Assembly: GCA_020832905.1 (NCBI GenBank)
Contig: JAJHRG010000001.1
Location: 474,903-538,902, forward strand
Direction of reading: 5' to 3'
Length of the DNA stretch: 64,000 bases
Source: Thermoproteota archaeon
GTDB taxonomy: Archaea; Thermoproteota; Methanomethylicia; Methanomethylicales; Methanomethylicaceae
In this document: positions 25,694-35,245 of the stretch, in pieces
Layout: the number at the start of each line of letters is the position of its first letter
How positions within the stretch are numbered: the stretch's first letter is position 1
Notes under the pieces: model-generated
Seen by the model: the letters and a program-made list of their open reading frames with translations, nothing else
Databases searched by the model: none
Told to the model about the DNA's origin: nothing
Translations under genes and position numbers: made by a program

Positions 25694-26728
25694 ATGAATT
25701 TTAAAATTATTAATGGTTTATTAGATCCTGATGAAAGGATTAGTTATATAAATAGAAAAATTGAATCATGTAGAAATAACTATATAAATGTTCCTTTTAA
25801 AGATCCTGCTATTGGAATTTTAAGTAAATTAAGAAAAAATTTTGAATTAATAGAAAATGAAGTAGAAAATTGGCTTACTCCTACACCATCTCCTGATTTT
25901 ATCTTTATGGTTACAGTTGAGAATATTGTTACTTTTATTGATTCTAATGGTTGTAAAGAATATGCAGATAAACTCATGGAAATTGTAAAAAATAATGTAC
26001 TTCCTGATATACCTATTTTAATTGGTATTGATCATTCACTTTCAGGTGGTGTAATAAAAGCTATTTGTAAAGAATATGGTGAAGAAAATATTAGATTAAT
26101 TATTTTTGATAGTCATTTTGATTTTATATTACCAAAAATAAGATGTGGTCTTATACATTATGACTTAGAAAATAATCCAAATACAAAATTTTCTCCATTT
26201 GATCCATATATATACAATAGACCAAATAGTTATAATGCTGATTCTTTTTTATATTATTTACTTAAAGATTTTCCACCAGAAAATATGTTTATAATTGGTG
26301 TAAATGATTATCCATCAAAAATTGTAGAAAAAATAGATGATATTCGTGTAAGAAGATATGTTGAATTCTACAAAACTATAGAAGAAGCAGGAGTTCATGT
26401 TATTAAAAGAGAAGATATTGAAAAGAATTGGAATAATGTTCATCAAATAATTTCAAATACAAATTTACCATATACTTATGTATCAATTGATGTTGATGTA
26501 TGTGCTAATACTTCTATTAAAGGAGCAAGATTTTTAGATTATATGGGAATATCACATAGAGATCTTTATAAACTTGTATCTTCTATAAAAAATTCAAAAA
26601 TTATTGGTATTGATATTATGGAATTTGATGTTTATAATGCAGGAGCAAAAATTTTTGGTAAAGAAGATAGAACTTATGATATTATGGCTGAAGTACTAAA
26701 TAGATTAATAGACAAATGTCTAGTATAA
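25694..26728 (+). CDS. Arginase-fold metallohydrolase (divergent ureohydrolase family), copy B
   Basis: 344 aa, a paralogue of 5253-6416. Shared blocks are 'LLDPDE', 'FIDSNGCKEY', 'IGIDHSLSGGVI', 'IIFDSHFDF', 'NSYNADSFLY', 'VSIDVDV', 'IGIDIMEFD' and 'EDRTYDI'. Confidence 0.7.
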   Translation: MNFKIINGLLDPDERISYINRKIESCRNNYINVPFKDPAIGILSKLRKNFELIENEVENWLTPTPSPDFIFMVTVENIVTFIDSNGCKEYADKLMEIVKNNVLPDIPILIGIDHSLSGGVIKAICKEYGEENIRLIIFDSHFDFILPKIRCGLIHYDLENNPNTKFSPFDPYIYNRPNSYNADSFLYYLLKDFPPENMFIIGVNDYPSKIVEKIDDIRVRRYVEFYKTIEEAGVHVIKREDIEKNWNNVHQIISNTNLPYTYVSIDVDVCANTSIKGARFLDYMGISHRDLYKLVSSIKNSKIIGIDIMEFDVYNAGAKIFGKEDRTYDIMAEVLNRLIDKCLV

Positions 26729-26943
26729 TTACGATAAAAGTCGAAGGGAAAATATTATATATTTCGTTAGTTATCTATTATATTGAAGAAAAATGTTAGT
26801 ATTAAGAAAAGAAGTAAAAATAGATAAAGAGAAGGAAATACAAAAAAGAATTATAGAGTTATGGAATAGTCCATTAGAAATATGGGATCCACAAGAATAA
26901 GAATTATATTTTAGACTTTAATTTTTATAAATGGTGTTAAAAA

Positions 26944-27753
26944 TTGTTATTTAGTATTGTAAAGGAATTAGTACCTATTATTGCAAACTTTATTATATAT
27001 TTCATAATATTATTAATTTTAATTCTATTTCTCTCATCATCTATTAAAATAGTAAAAGAATATGAAAGAGCAGTAATATTTAGATTAGGAAGACTACTTG
27101 GTGCAAAAGGTCCAGGATTATTCTTTATAATACCTTTTGTTGATAGTATGAGAAAAATAGATCTAAGAGTTTTAACATTTGATGTTCCTAAGCAAACAAT
27201 AATAACAAAAGATAATGTAACAGTTCAAGTAGATGCTGTTGTTTATTATAGAGTTTATGATCCTATTAAAGCAGTTACTCAAGTAGAGAATTATATACTA
27301 TCTACAAATCTACTTGCTCAAACAACTCTTAGAGATATTCTTGGACAAGTAACACTTGATGATTTACTTACTAAAAGAGAAGAATTAAATCAAAAACTTC
27401 AAATTGCTTTAGATGCTCCTACAGATGCATGGGGGGTAAAAGTTACTGCAGTAGTTATAAAAGATGTAGTATTACCTGAATCACTTCAAAGAGCTATGGC
27501 AAAACAAGCTGAAGCTGAAAGAGAAAGAAGATCAAGAATTATTGTTGCAGAAGGAGAATATGAAGCAGCAAAGAAAATGCGTGAAGCTGCTGAATTATAT
27601 GAAAAGAATCCAATTGCTCTTCGTTTAAGAGAACTTCAAATGATATCAGAAGTCGCAAGAGAGAAAAATCTTATATTAATTACTACAACAGGTACATCTT
27701 CAATTGCAGAATATGCAGGTTTAGCTAAAGCCTTAATTAAAACGGAGAAATAA
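26944..27753 (+). CDS. Stomatin/prohibitin-like SPFH (band 7) protein
   Basis: 269 aa, TTG start. N-terminal TM helix, then 'IVKEYERAVIFRLGR', 'VDAVVYYRV', 'RDILG' and a coiled-coil 'AEAERERRSRIIVAEGE'. Confidence 0.9.
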   Translation: MLFSIVKELVPIIANFIIYFIILLILILFLSSSIKIVKEYERAVIFRLGRLLGAKGPGLFFIIPFVDSMRKIDLRVLTFDVPKQTIITKDNVTVQVDAVVYYRVYDPIKAVTQVENYILSTNLLAQTTLRDILGQVTLDDLLTKREELNQKLQIALDAPTDAWGVKVTAVVIKDVVLPESLQRAMAKQAEAERERRSRIIVAEGEYEAAKKMREAAELYEKNPIALRLRELQMISEVAREKNLILITTTGTSSIAEYAGLAKALIKTEK

Positions 27754-27754
27754 T

Positions 27755-29065
27755 ATGAAAAAACTTCTTATTTTTCTTTTCTTAATTTTTTTCACTTGCT
27801 TTATTTCATATTCTTATTCTACATATAATGAAGAAAAAGTATTAGTATTTAAAATAAGTGGAACAATAACCATAGCTCATTATGAAGCATTATTAGATGC
27901 AATTAATATTGCAAAAAAAGAAAATTATAATGCAGTAATAATTCTAATTTCTACTCCTGGTGGAAGTTTAGATGCTACATTAAAAATAATTACTCTTATT
28001 GAAAATTCACCTATTCCTATTATTGGTTATGTTTATCCTCCAGGATCAACAGCATGGTCTGCTGGCACATACATACTAATGGCGTGTCATATTGCTGCAA
28101 TGGCACCAAATACAATAATAGGCTCATGTCAACCTGTTTCTTATTCTCCTTTTGGCTCAACACCTATCAATGATACAAAAATAATAAATGCTCTTATATC
28201 ATTAATGTCAACTCAAGCTAAAGCTCATGGAAGAAATGAAACTATAGCTATTAAGTTTATAACAGAAAACTTAAATTTAAATGATGAAGAAGCATTTTTA
28301 TATAATGTAATAGAAGTAAGAGCAAAAGATATTAATGATTTACTTAATAAAATTGATGGAAAAGAAGTTAATACAATTTTTGGTACAATTAAATTAAATA
28401 CAAAAAATGCAATAATTACAGAATATAGCTTTAGAATAAGAGAAAGTATGCTAAATGTAATTTCTGATCCTATGATTGCTAGTATTTTATTTCTAATTGG
28501 AATAATTGCTTTAATATATGGATTTTCTACTCCTGGTCATGGAGGTGAAATTATTGGTATTATTTCATTAATATTATCATTAATTGGAATGGGCTTTGAT
28601 ATTAATATAGCTGGACTTATTATGATGTTAGGTGGAGCAATTTTACTTATTTATGAGCTTATGACACCTGGTTTTGGATTTTTTGGAATTTCAGGAATAA
28701 TATTATTAGTACTAGGATCTTTATTTATACCACCTCTATCACCTGAAAAATGGATTATATCTAGTGAGTGGTATTCTACTTTTACTTATACAATTCTACT
28801 TACAGCAATTCTATTTTCTTCATTATTTACTTTAATAATAATTAAAGTAATTCAAGTAAGAAGAAGAAAACCTATTATTGGTAATATGATAGGAGATATA
28901 GTAACATCAACATCAGATGCTTTACCAAATGAAATAGCATTTGTAATGTATAAAGGAGAATATTGGCAAGCAAAATGTAAAAATGGAATTAAAAAAGGTA
29001 AAAAATATAAAATTATTGGTAAAGATGGACCTGTATTAATTCTTGAGGAAATTGATGAAATATGA
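27755..29065 (+). CDS. NfeD-family membrane-bound ClpP-class serine protease (stomatin operon partner)
   Basis: 436 aa. Signal/TM, then a ClpP-like domain 'ISTPGGSLDAT...AWSAGTYILMACHIAAMAP', central TM helices and a C-terminal OB-like NfeD domain. The gene starts 1 nt after the stomatin gene. Confidence 0.85.
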   Translation: MKKLLIFLFLIFFTCFISYSYSTYNEEKVLVFKISGTITIAHYEALLDAINIAKKENYNAVIILISTPGGSLDATLKIITLIENSPIPIIGYVYPPGSTAWSAGTYILMACHIAAMAPNTIIGSCQPVSYSPFGSTPINDTKIINALISLMSTQAKAHGRNETIAIKFITENLNLNDEEAFLYNVIEVRAKDINDLLNKIDGKEVNTIFGTIKLNTKNAIITEYSFRIRESMLNVISDPMIASILFLIGIIALIYGFSTPGHGGEIIGIISLILSLIGMGFDINIAGLIMMLGGAILLIYELMTPGFGFFGISGIILLVLGSLFIPPLSPEKWIISSEWYSTFTYTILLTAILFSSLFTLIIIKVIQVRRRKPIIGNMIGDIVTSTSDALPNEIAFVMYKGEYWQAKCKNGIKKGKKYKIIGKDGPVLILEEIDEI

Positions 29066-29101
29066 TAAATACTTTAATATTTGTTTCTTATATTATTAAA
29101 T

Positions 29102-29854
29102 ATGAATCAAGAAGAAGTCTCAATAATAGAAATTACTGAAATTAAAGCAAAAAATCCAATAATTTTATGTGGTCTACCTGATGTTGGACTTGTTGGTGTT
29201 ATTGCAGTATCTCATATTATCAAATCATTAAATATGAAGGAAGTAGCATATATTGATTCAGATTTATTTCCACCAATTATGGTCTTTCATAATGGTACTC
29301 CTACATATCCTTTAAGAATTTATCAAAAAGAAGATATTTTTGCAATATTTTCAGAATCTGCATTATCTCCTGAATCTATTTATCCATTAGCAAGAAGTAT
29401 TGTCTCTTGGGCAAAAGAAAAAAATACTTCTTTACTAATATCACTAGGTGGTATTGGAACTCCTAATAGAATTGATATTGATGTGCCAAAAGTCTATAGT
29501 GCATCTAATATGCCAAGTGTAAGAGAAATTATTAAAAAATATGAAATTCCAATAATGGAAGAAGGATTTATGGTAGGACCTTATGCTCTTATTGCAAAGT
29601 ATTCAATTCATAAAAATCTTCCTAATTTATTATTACTAGCTGAAGCTTTTCCTAACTATCCTGATCCTGGTGCTGCAGCTTCTATTATTAATGTATTAAA
29701 TAAGATTATTTCACTAAATGTAGATGTAAAACCTTTATTAGAAAAATCAGAAGAAATTCGTTTAAGTGCAAGAGAACTTATGAAGAGAACAGTAGAAAGC
29801 TTAAAGAAAATGGGTAAATCACAAGAATATGAAGTTCCATTAATGTATGTATGA
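29102..29854 (+). CDS. PAC2-family protein (proteasome assembly chaperone 2-like, COG1938)
   Basis: 'NPIILCGLPDVGLVGVIAVSHII' matches the PAC2 N-terminal signature. The start is ATG 29102 or, in frame, TTG 29081. Confidence 0.7.
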   Translation: MNQEEVSIIEITEIKAKNPIILCGLPDVGLVGVIAVSHIIKSLNMKEVAYIDSDLFPPIMVFHNGTPTYPLRIYQKEDIFAIFSESALSPESIYPLARSIVSWAKEKNTSLLISLGGIGTPNRIDIDVPKVYSASNMPSVREIIKKYEIPIMEEGFMVGPYALIAKYSIHKNLPNLLLLAEAFPNYPDPGAAASIINVLNKIISLNVDVKPLLEKSEEIRLSARELMKRTVESLKKMGKSQEYEVPLMYV

Positions 29855-29864
29855 GGTGAATAAT

Positions 29865-30230
29865 ATGGAGTTTTGGATGGATGAATCAATATGGAATTAT
29901 GAATATGGAAAATTAGAACCATTATATGAGATTTATGAAAGTAATGGTGAAATTATTATAAGAATAGATTTACCTTGTGTTCAAGATAAATCAGATATAC
30001 AAGTTAATGTTACTGAATATTCAGTTAACATAGAAGCTAAAATTGGAAGAATAATTCAATATGAAAGATGGGGAACATTTCAAAGATCAATAAGATTTTG
30101 TAAATATAGTAAAACAATTAGACTTCCAGTAAGAATAGATCCTAAATCTGCTAAAGCAAGATTTAAGAATGGTATCTTAGAAATTCACTTAACTAAGAAA
30201 GAACAACTACATACCATACCTATTGAGTAG
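29865..30230 (+). CDS. Small heat-shock protein (Hsp20/alpha-crystallin family)
   Basis: 'AKARFKNGILEIHLTKK' is the C-terminal alpha-crystallin motif. ATG 29865 lies 5 nt after a GAGGTGA Shine-Dalgarno overlapping the upstream stop, so track start 29847 is rejected. Confidence 0.85.
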   Translation: MEFWMDESIWNYEYGKLEPLYEIYESNGEIIIRIDLPCVQDKSDIQVNVTEYSVNIEAKIGRIIQYERWGTFQRSIRFCKYSKTIRLPVRIDPKSAKARFKNGILEIHLTKKEQLHTIPIE

Positions 30231-31319
30231 ATTTTTTATTTCATAATCAATAATTTTTATTAATGTAGTTTTTATTATTTCAATACTCTCAAGATATTCT
30301 CTTATTGATATATTTTCTTTTTCAGTATGACTAAGTTTTGAATTTCCAGGACCGTAAACTACACATGGAATTTTCATTTTTTCAGCAAAATCATTTACAT
30401 CACTTGTTCCAGTTTTTTTGATTAATTTTCCTTCTCTTCCTGTAATTTCTTTTATACTTTCAAGAAATAACTTAGCAAGTATTGAATTTTCACTTTCTAG
30501 AAAAGGAGGATTTTCACTAAGCTTTTTTATCTTTATATTTTCATTTTTTTTAATTCTTCTTATTAATTCCTCTTTTACTTTATTCATCATATTTGGTGGC
30601 ACTCTTATATCAACAATTATATCACATTTTGAAGGTATAACATTATGAGAATTTCCACCTTTAATTTTTGTTACACATAAACTTGGTCTCCAAAATGTTT
30701 CTTTATTTATATTTTCCCATTCTTCTTCAATTTTTAATAGCTCATCAATTATGCTTTTAGCTTTATATATTGCATTATCAGAAAATTTAGGAATACTAGA
30801 GTGTGCTTCTTTTCCTTTACATGAAATTTTTAGTAATATTCTTCCTCTATATCCTATTGTTATACCATATGTACCACTAGGTTCTCCAAATATGGCATAA
30901 TCATATTTTTCATTACATTTTGATAAAAAATATCTTATTCCTTTTCCATAACCTTCTTCATCAACAACTGCTAATAAAGTTATTTCACCTTTATTGCATA
31001 TTTCTTTAAACTTTTTTGCTCCACATATTAAAGCTGCAAGAGAAGATTTTGCATCTACTGCACCTCTTCCAAATATTACTTTTCCTCTAATATATGGATT
31101 TATCATTCCTTTTACAGTATCCATATGTCCACATAAAAAAATCCTTGGTCTACCTTCTCCTATAACTGCTTTAACATTACCAACTTCATCTATTTCTGTA
31201 TTAAATCCTAATTTTCTTAGTTCTAAAAAAAGAAAATTAGAAATTTCTTTTTCTCTTCCACTTGGACTATAAATTTTTAATAAATTTAGTAAAAGCTCTA
31301 CTGGATAATTTTCATCCAT
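30207..31319 (-). CDS. lysK: M20-family deacylase, [LysW]-lysine/ornithine hydrolase (LysK/ArgE-like)
   Basis: 370 aa with 'LCGHMDTV', 'GRGAVDAKS' and 'DEEG'. It is the last gene of the lysX-Y-Z-J-K co-directional cluster. Confidence 0.8.
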   Translation of the reverse strand: MDENYPVELLLNLLKIYSPSGREKEISNFLFLELRKLGFNTEIDEVGNVKAVIGEGRPRIFLCGHMDTVKGMINPYIRGKVIFGRGAVDAKSSLAALICGAKKFKEICNKGEITLLAVVDEEGYGKGIRYFLSKCNEKYDYAIFGEPSGTYGITIGYRGRILLKISCKGKEAHSSIPKFSDNAIYKAKSIIDELLKIEEEWENINKETFWRPSLCVTKIKGGNSHNVIPSKCDIIVDIRVPPNMMNKVKEELIRRIKKNENIKIKKLSENPPFLESENSILAKLFLESIKEITGREGKLIKKTGTSDVNDFAEKMKIPCVVYGPGNSKLSHTEKENISIREYLESIEIIKTTLIKIIDYEIKNLLNRYGM

Positions 31320-32482
31320 TAAATTTTCACCGATTCTATCACTTCCTTTAATACTGAAACTACCTTTTCAACTTCTTCTTTTTTAATAACTAATGGTGGA
31401 AGTAACCTTATTATGTTTCTTCCAGATTCTAATACTATAACACCTTTTTCAAGTGTTTTAAGTATAATATCTCTTACTTCAATTCTCATTTCTATACCTA
31501 TCATTAGTCCTAATCCTCTTACTTCACGTATAAGCTTACTTTCTATTTTTGAAAGTCCATTTAGGAATAAATTCCCCATAATTTTTGCGTTTTCTATAAG
31601 ATTTTCTTCAAGAATTACATCTATTGCTGCTTTACATGCTGCACATGTAAGTGGATTTCCACCAAATGTACTAGAATGTTCTCCTCTCTTTAAGGAATCC
31701 ATTATGTCCTCTCTTGCAAAAGTTACTCCTATAGGTAGTCCTCCTCCTATTGCTTTACCTGCACATAATATATCTGGCTTAATTCCGAAATGCTCATGTG
31801 CCCACATTTTTCCAGTTCTACCAAAACCTGTTTGAACTTCATCAAGTACTAGAATAATATCCTTTTCATCACAAATTTCTCTTACTTCTTTTAAGTAATC
31901 ACGAGGTGGAATATTTATTCCACCTTCTCCTTGTATTGGCTCAATAAATATTGCAGCAGTATTTTCATCAATCATAGATCTTAATTTCTCTATATTACCA
32001 AAAGGAGCAAATTTTACTCCTTCAAGTAGTGGAAGAAATGGCTCTCTATATTTTGAATTCCATGTAAGTGAAAGAGCCCCCATTGTTTTTCCATGAAATC
32101 CATTTATCATTGATATAATTCCTCTCTTTTTTGTATACTTTCTAACTAGTTTTATAGCAGTCTCAACAGCCTCAGCACCTGAATTTGAAAGAAATACCTT
32201 ATCTGTACCTTCAGGTTTTATTTTCTTGAGTCTTGAAAGACATTCTTCTCTTGTATCATTATAAAAAGATCCATGACATGTAATTAATTTTTCACATTGT
32301 TTTTTTATAGCTTCAACAATTTTTGGATGACAATGTCCTAAAAGTGCTACACCATAACCACAACCACAATCAATATATTCCCTACCTTCAGAATCCCATA
32401 CTTTTGCTCCTAATCCTCTTACTAGAGTTATAGGACGTTTCCAGTAAGTATTTGCTAAAAATGTATCTTCAAGTCTCATCAT
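31319..32482 (-). CDS. lysJ: Class III aminotransferase, LysJ/ArgD (acetylornithine/[LysW]-aminoadipate semialdehyde aminotransferase)
   Basis: 387 aa with 'SNSGAEAVE', 'LDEVQTGFGRTG', 'PDILCAGKAIGGG' and 'HSSTFGGNPL'. Confidence 0.88.
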   Translation of the reverse strand: MMRLEDTFLANTYWKRPITLVRGLGAKVWDSEGREYIDCGCGYGVALLGHCHPKIVEAIKKQCEKLITCHGSFYNDTREECLSRLKKIKPEGTDKVFLSNSGAEAVETAIKLVRKYTKKRGIISMINGFHGKTMGALSLTWNSKYREPFLPLLEGVKFAPFGNIEKLRSMIDENTAAIFIEPIQGEGGINIPPRDYLKEVREICDEKDIILVLDEVQTGFGRTGKMWAHEHFGIKPDILCAGKAIGGGLPIGVTFAREDIMDSLKRGEHSSTFGGNPLTCAACKAAIDVILEENLIENAKIMGNLFLNGLSKIESKLIREVRGLGLMIGIEMRIEVRDIILKTLEKGVIVLESGRNIIRLLPPLVIKKEEVEKVVSVLKEVIESVKI

Positions 32483-33288
32483 AAATAAATCACAGTACCT
32501 TCTTCCTCTTTTATAGCTTTTGTAATTGGTCTTTCAATAAATCCAGAAGTAATAATGGCTTTTTCAACACCATTCTTTATAGCATCAATTGCTGCATGAA
32601 CTTTTGTTGACATACCAGGTCCTATTTTTTCTAATATTTTTTCTGCATCAGTAACACTTATTCTTCGAATAATTTCTCCATTTATTAATACTCCCTTAAC
32701 ATCAGTTAAATAAATTAATATATTTGCATTAATTGATTTTGCTATTGCTCCTGCTGCTCTATCTCCATCTACATTTAATGGTTCAAATGCTTCTCCCATT
32801 GCTATTGGTGATATTACAGGAACATAACCTTTTTCCATTAATAGTGATATTAATTCTGAATTTACTGAAGTGATTTTTCCAGTATAACCTCCATCAATTG
32901 CTCTTTTCCTTCCTTTTTCATCTATTATAACAATTCTTTCTTTTCTTTTTGCTCTTAATAAGCCTCCATCAAAACCTGAAAGACCTATTGCATTTATACC
33001 AAAAGACTGAAGTAATCTAACTATTTTTTTATTTATTTCTCCTGCCATTACCATTGTATAAATTTCAATAGTCTCTTTATCAGTATATCTACTTTTAAAT
33101 CCTTCAGGTGAAATAACAAATTTTTGCTCTTTTCCTAATTTTGTTGCTATTTCTGTAACTCTATCTCCACCACCATGAACTATTATTAATTCCTTATTTT
33201 TTGCATATTCCTTAAAATCTTCTATTAGTGATGTATTAATATTTTCTTCTTTTATTAAATCTCCACCTATTTTTACAACAATTTTCAT
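32479..33288 (-). CDS. lysZ: Amino-acid kinase family, LysZ/ArgB ([LysW]-aminoadipate/glutamate kinase)
   Basis: 269 aa with 'VVKIGG', 'IVHGGG' and 'NVDGDRAAGAIA'. Confidence 0.88.
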   Translation of the reverse strand: MKIVVKIGGDLIKEENINTSLIEDFKEYAKNKELIIVHGGGDRVTEIATKLGKEQKFVISPEGFKSRYTDKETIEIYTMVMAGEINKKIVRLLQSFGINAIGLSGFDGGLLRAKRKERIVIIDEKGRKRAIDGGYTGKITSVNSELISLLMEKGYVPVISPIAMGEAFEPLNVDGDRAAGAIAKSINANILIYLTDVKGVLINGEIIRRISVTDAEKILEKIGPGMSTKVHAAIDAIKNGVEKAIITSGFIERPITKAIKEEEGTVIYL

Positions 33289-34340
33289 ACAGGTCTTACT
33301 CCTGCAAATTCTAAACCTGTTTTTTCATCTATACCTATCATTATATTAAAATTCTGAACTGCTTGTCCTGCAGCTCCTTTTATTAAATTATCAATAGCTC
33401 CAAATGTTATAACTCTATTTACATGAGGATCTATTTCAAATCCAACATCACAGAAATTAGAACCAATTGTATTAAGTGGATTTGGTAATCTATGTAGTCC
33501 TTTATGTTCTCTTACAATTCTTACAAAAGGCTCATTTTGATAAGCTTCTCTATAAAGTCTCCATAGTTCTTGTAAGCTAATTTCTCTTTTTAAAAACAAA
33601 TGTCCAGTTACTAAAATTCCTCTTACCATATCTATGGCATGTGGAGTAAGAGCAACTTTAACTTTTTCTCCTGTTTTTAATGATACTTCTTGTTCTATTT
33701 CAGCTATATGTCTATGCATTACTGGCTTGTATACTCTTACTATATTAGAATGTTCAGGATGATGTGTTGCTTTACTTACACTCATTCCAGCACCAGAAGA
33801 ACCTATTTTTACATCTAAAACAATTCTTTCATTTTCTACAATTCCTGCTTTTACTACTGGAGTTATACTTAATATACTTGCTGTTGATATACATCCTGGA
33901 TTTGCAACTAATTTTGCATTTTTAATTTCATCTCTATGAAATTCTGGAAGACCATATACTGCCTTCTCTAATAATTCAGGACATGGATGTTCCCATCCAT
34001 ACCACTTTAAGTAATCTTCTTTATTTTTTAATCTAAAATCAGCACTTAAATCTATTACTCTAACTCCTACTTCTAGGAATTTTTTTGCTATAAGTGCTGA
34101 TTTACCATGTGGTAATGCTAAGAAAACTATATCACATAAAGATGATATTTTATCAATATCAGGTTCAATAAATTTTAAATTAGTAATTTTTCTTAAATGT
34201 GGATGTACCCTGTATACTGGTTCTCCTGCATATTCTCTTGATGTTACTGCTCTTATTTCTACTTTTGGATGATTTAATAGTATTCTAAGAAGTTCTCCTC
34301 CAGTATATCCTGATCCTCCTATTATTCCAATAGGTATCAT
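33285..34340 (-). CDS. lysY: N-acetyl-gamma-glutamyl-phosphate reductase family, LysY/ArgC
   Basis: 351 aa with 'IGIIGGSGYTGGELLRIL', 'NPGCISTA' (active-site Cys) and 'DNLIKGAAGQAVQN'. Confidence 0.9.
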   Translation of the reverse strand: MIPIGIIGGSGYTGGELLRILLNHPKVEIRAVTSREYAGEPVYRVHPHLRKITNLKFIEPDIDKISSLCDIVFLALPHGKSALIAKKFLEVGVRVIDLSADFRLKNKEDYLKWYGWEHPCPELLEKAVYGLPEFHRDEIKNAKLVANPGCISTASILSITPVVKAGIVENERIVLDVKIGSSGAGMSVSKATHHPEHSNIVRVYKPVMHRHIAEIEQEVSLKTGEKVKVALTPHAIDMVRGILVTGHLFLKREISLQELWRLYREAYQNEPFVRIVREHKGLHRLPNPLNTIGSNFCDVGFEIDPHVNRVITFGAIDNLIKGAAGQAVQNFNIMIGIDEKTGLEFAGVRPV

Positions 34341-35212
34341 TTTTTAGCCTCCTTAATTGCATAATCAATAATCATACCAGGTATATCTACACCAGTAGCA
34401 GGAACAGTATTCTTAAATTCTACAGTACCATTAATTTCATGTACTAAATATTCACCATCTTTTTCCATCATATCTACTCCAAAAATACCTCCTCCAACAG
34501 CTTCTGCAGCTTTAAGTGCAAGTTCTCTTATTTCAGATGTAATAGGACATCTTTCTACTCTTCCTCCTCTAGCAGTATTTGTTCTCCAATCATTTTCATT
34601 TATTCTATAAATAGCAACAGGTACTTCATCTCCTATTACAAATACTCTAATATCTCTTGGAGGTCTTTTTATCATTTCTTGTACATAATATACTTGATAT
34701 AGTGGAAACATCATTTCTCTATGTTCTAAGGCTACTATAGCAGAAGTTCTATCATTTATTAAAGAAACTAATCTACCCCAGCTTCCTATTATTGGCTTTA
34801 ATATTGCAGGATATCCAACTTTTTCAAAAGCTTCTAAAGCTGAATTAATATCAAATGCAACAAAAGTACGAGGTGTTGGAATATTATGCTTCTTAAATAC
34901 TAATGTACTTAAAAGTTTATTACCACATATTTCTAAGGTCTTAAAACTATTTATTACTTTAACTCCATAGCTTTCAAGAATAGCAGTAAAATATAATCCA
35001 CAAAAATGTTCAACACATCTTTGAAGTACAATATCACCAAAATCATTAGGTTTATTATTAGAAGTTAACTCAAGAGGGAAACTTTTTGCATTTATCATAG
35101 AAAATTCTATATTACGCTTTTTACAAGCTTCATAAAGTGCTTTTTCTTCCCATCTCATATGATCATAAAGTATACTTAATTTAACCATATGATTAACCTT
35201 TATAAAATTCAT
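34337..35212 (-). CDS. lysX: RimK-type ATP-grasp ligase, LysX/ArgX (amino-group carrier protein ligase)
   Basis: 'LSILYDHMRWEEKAL' matches the LysX N-terminus. ATP-grasp motifs include 'PAILKPIIGSWGR' and 'VHEINGTVEFKN'. The true start is probably ATG 35188 (MVKLSILYD). Confidence 0.85.
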   Translation of the reverse strand: MNFIKVNHMVKLSILYDHMRWEEKALYEACKKRNIEFSMINAKSFPLELTSNNKPNDFGDIVLQRCVEHFCGLYFTAILESYGVKVINSFKTLEICGNKLLSTLVFKKHNIPTPRTFVAFDINSALEAFEKVGYPAILKPIIGSWGRLVSLINDRTSAIVALEHREMMFPLYQVYYVQEMIKRPPRDIRVFVIGDEVPVAIYRINENDWRTNTARGGRVERCPITSEIRELALKAAEAVGGGIFGVDMMEKDGEYLVHEINGTVEFKNTVPATGVDIPGMIIDYAIKEAKK

Positions 35213-35245
35213 TATTTAAATTTATTTATATTTTACTATAAAGAT

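Noticed and set aside
26793-26900. 35-codon ORF (MLVLRKEVKIDKEKEIQKRIIELWNSPLEIWDPQE) in the 215-nt spacer between the arginase-fold gene and the stomatin gene.
   Set aside because: It has no convincing Shine-Dalgarno, no motif, and lysine/glutamate-rich composition typical of random ORFs in A-rich DNA. I cannot support it without conservation or expression data.
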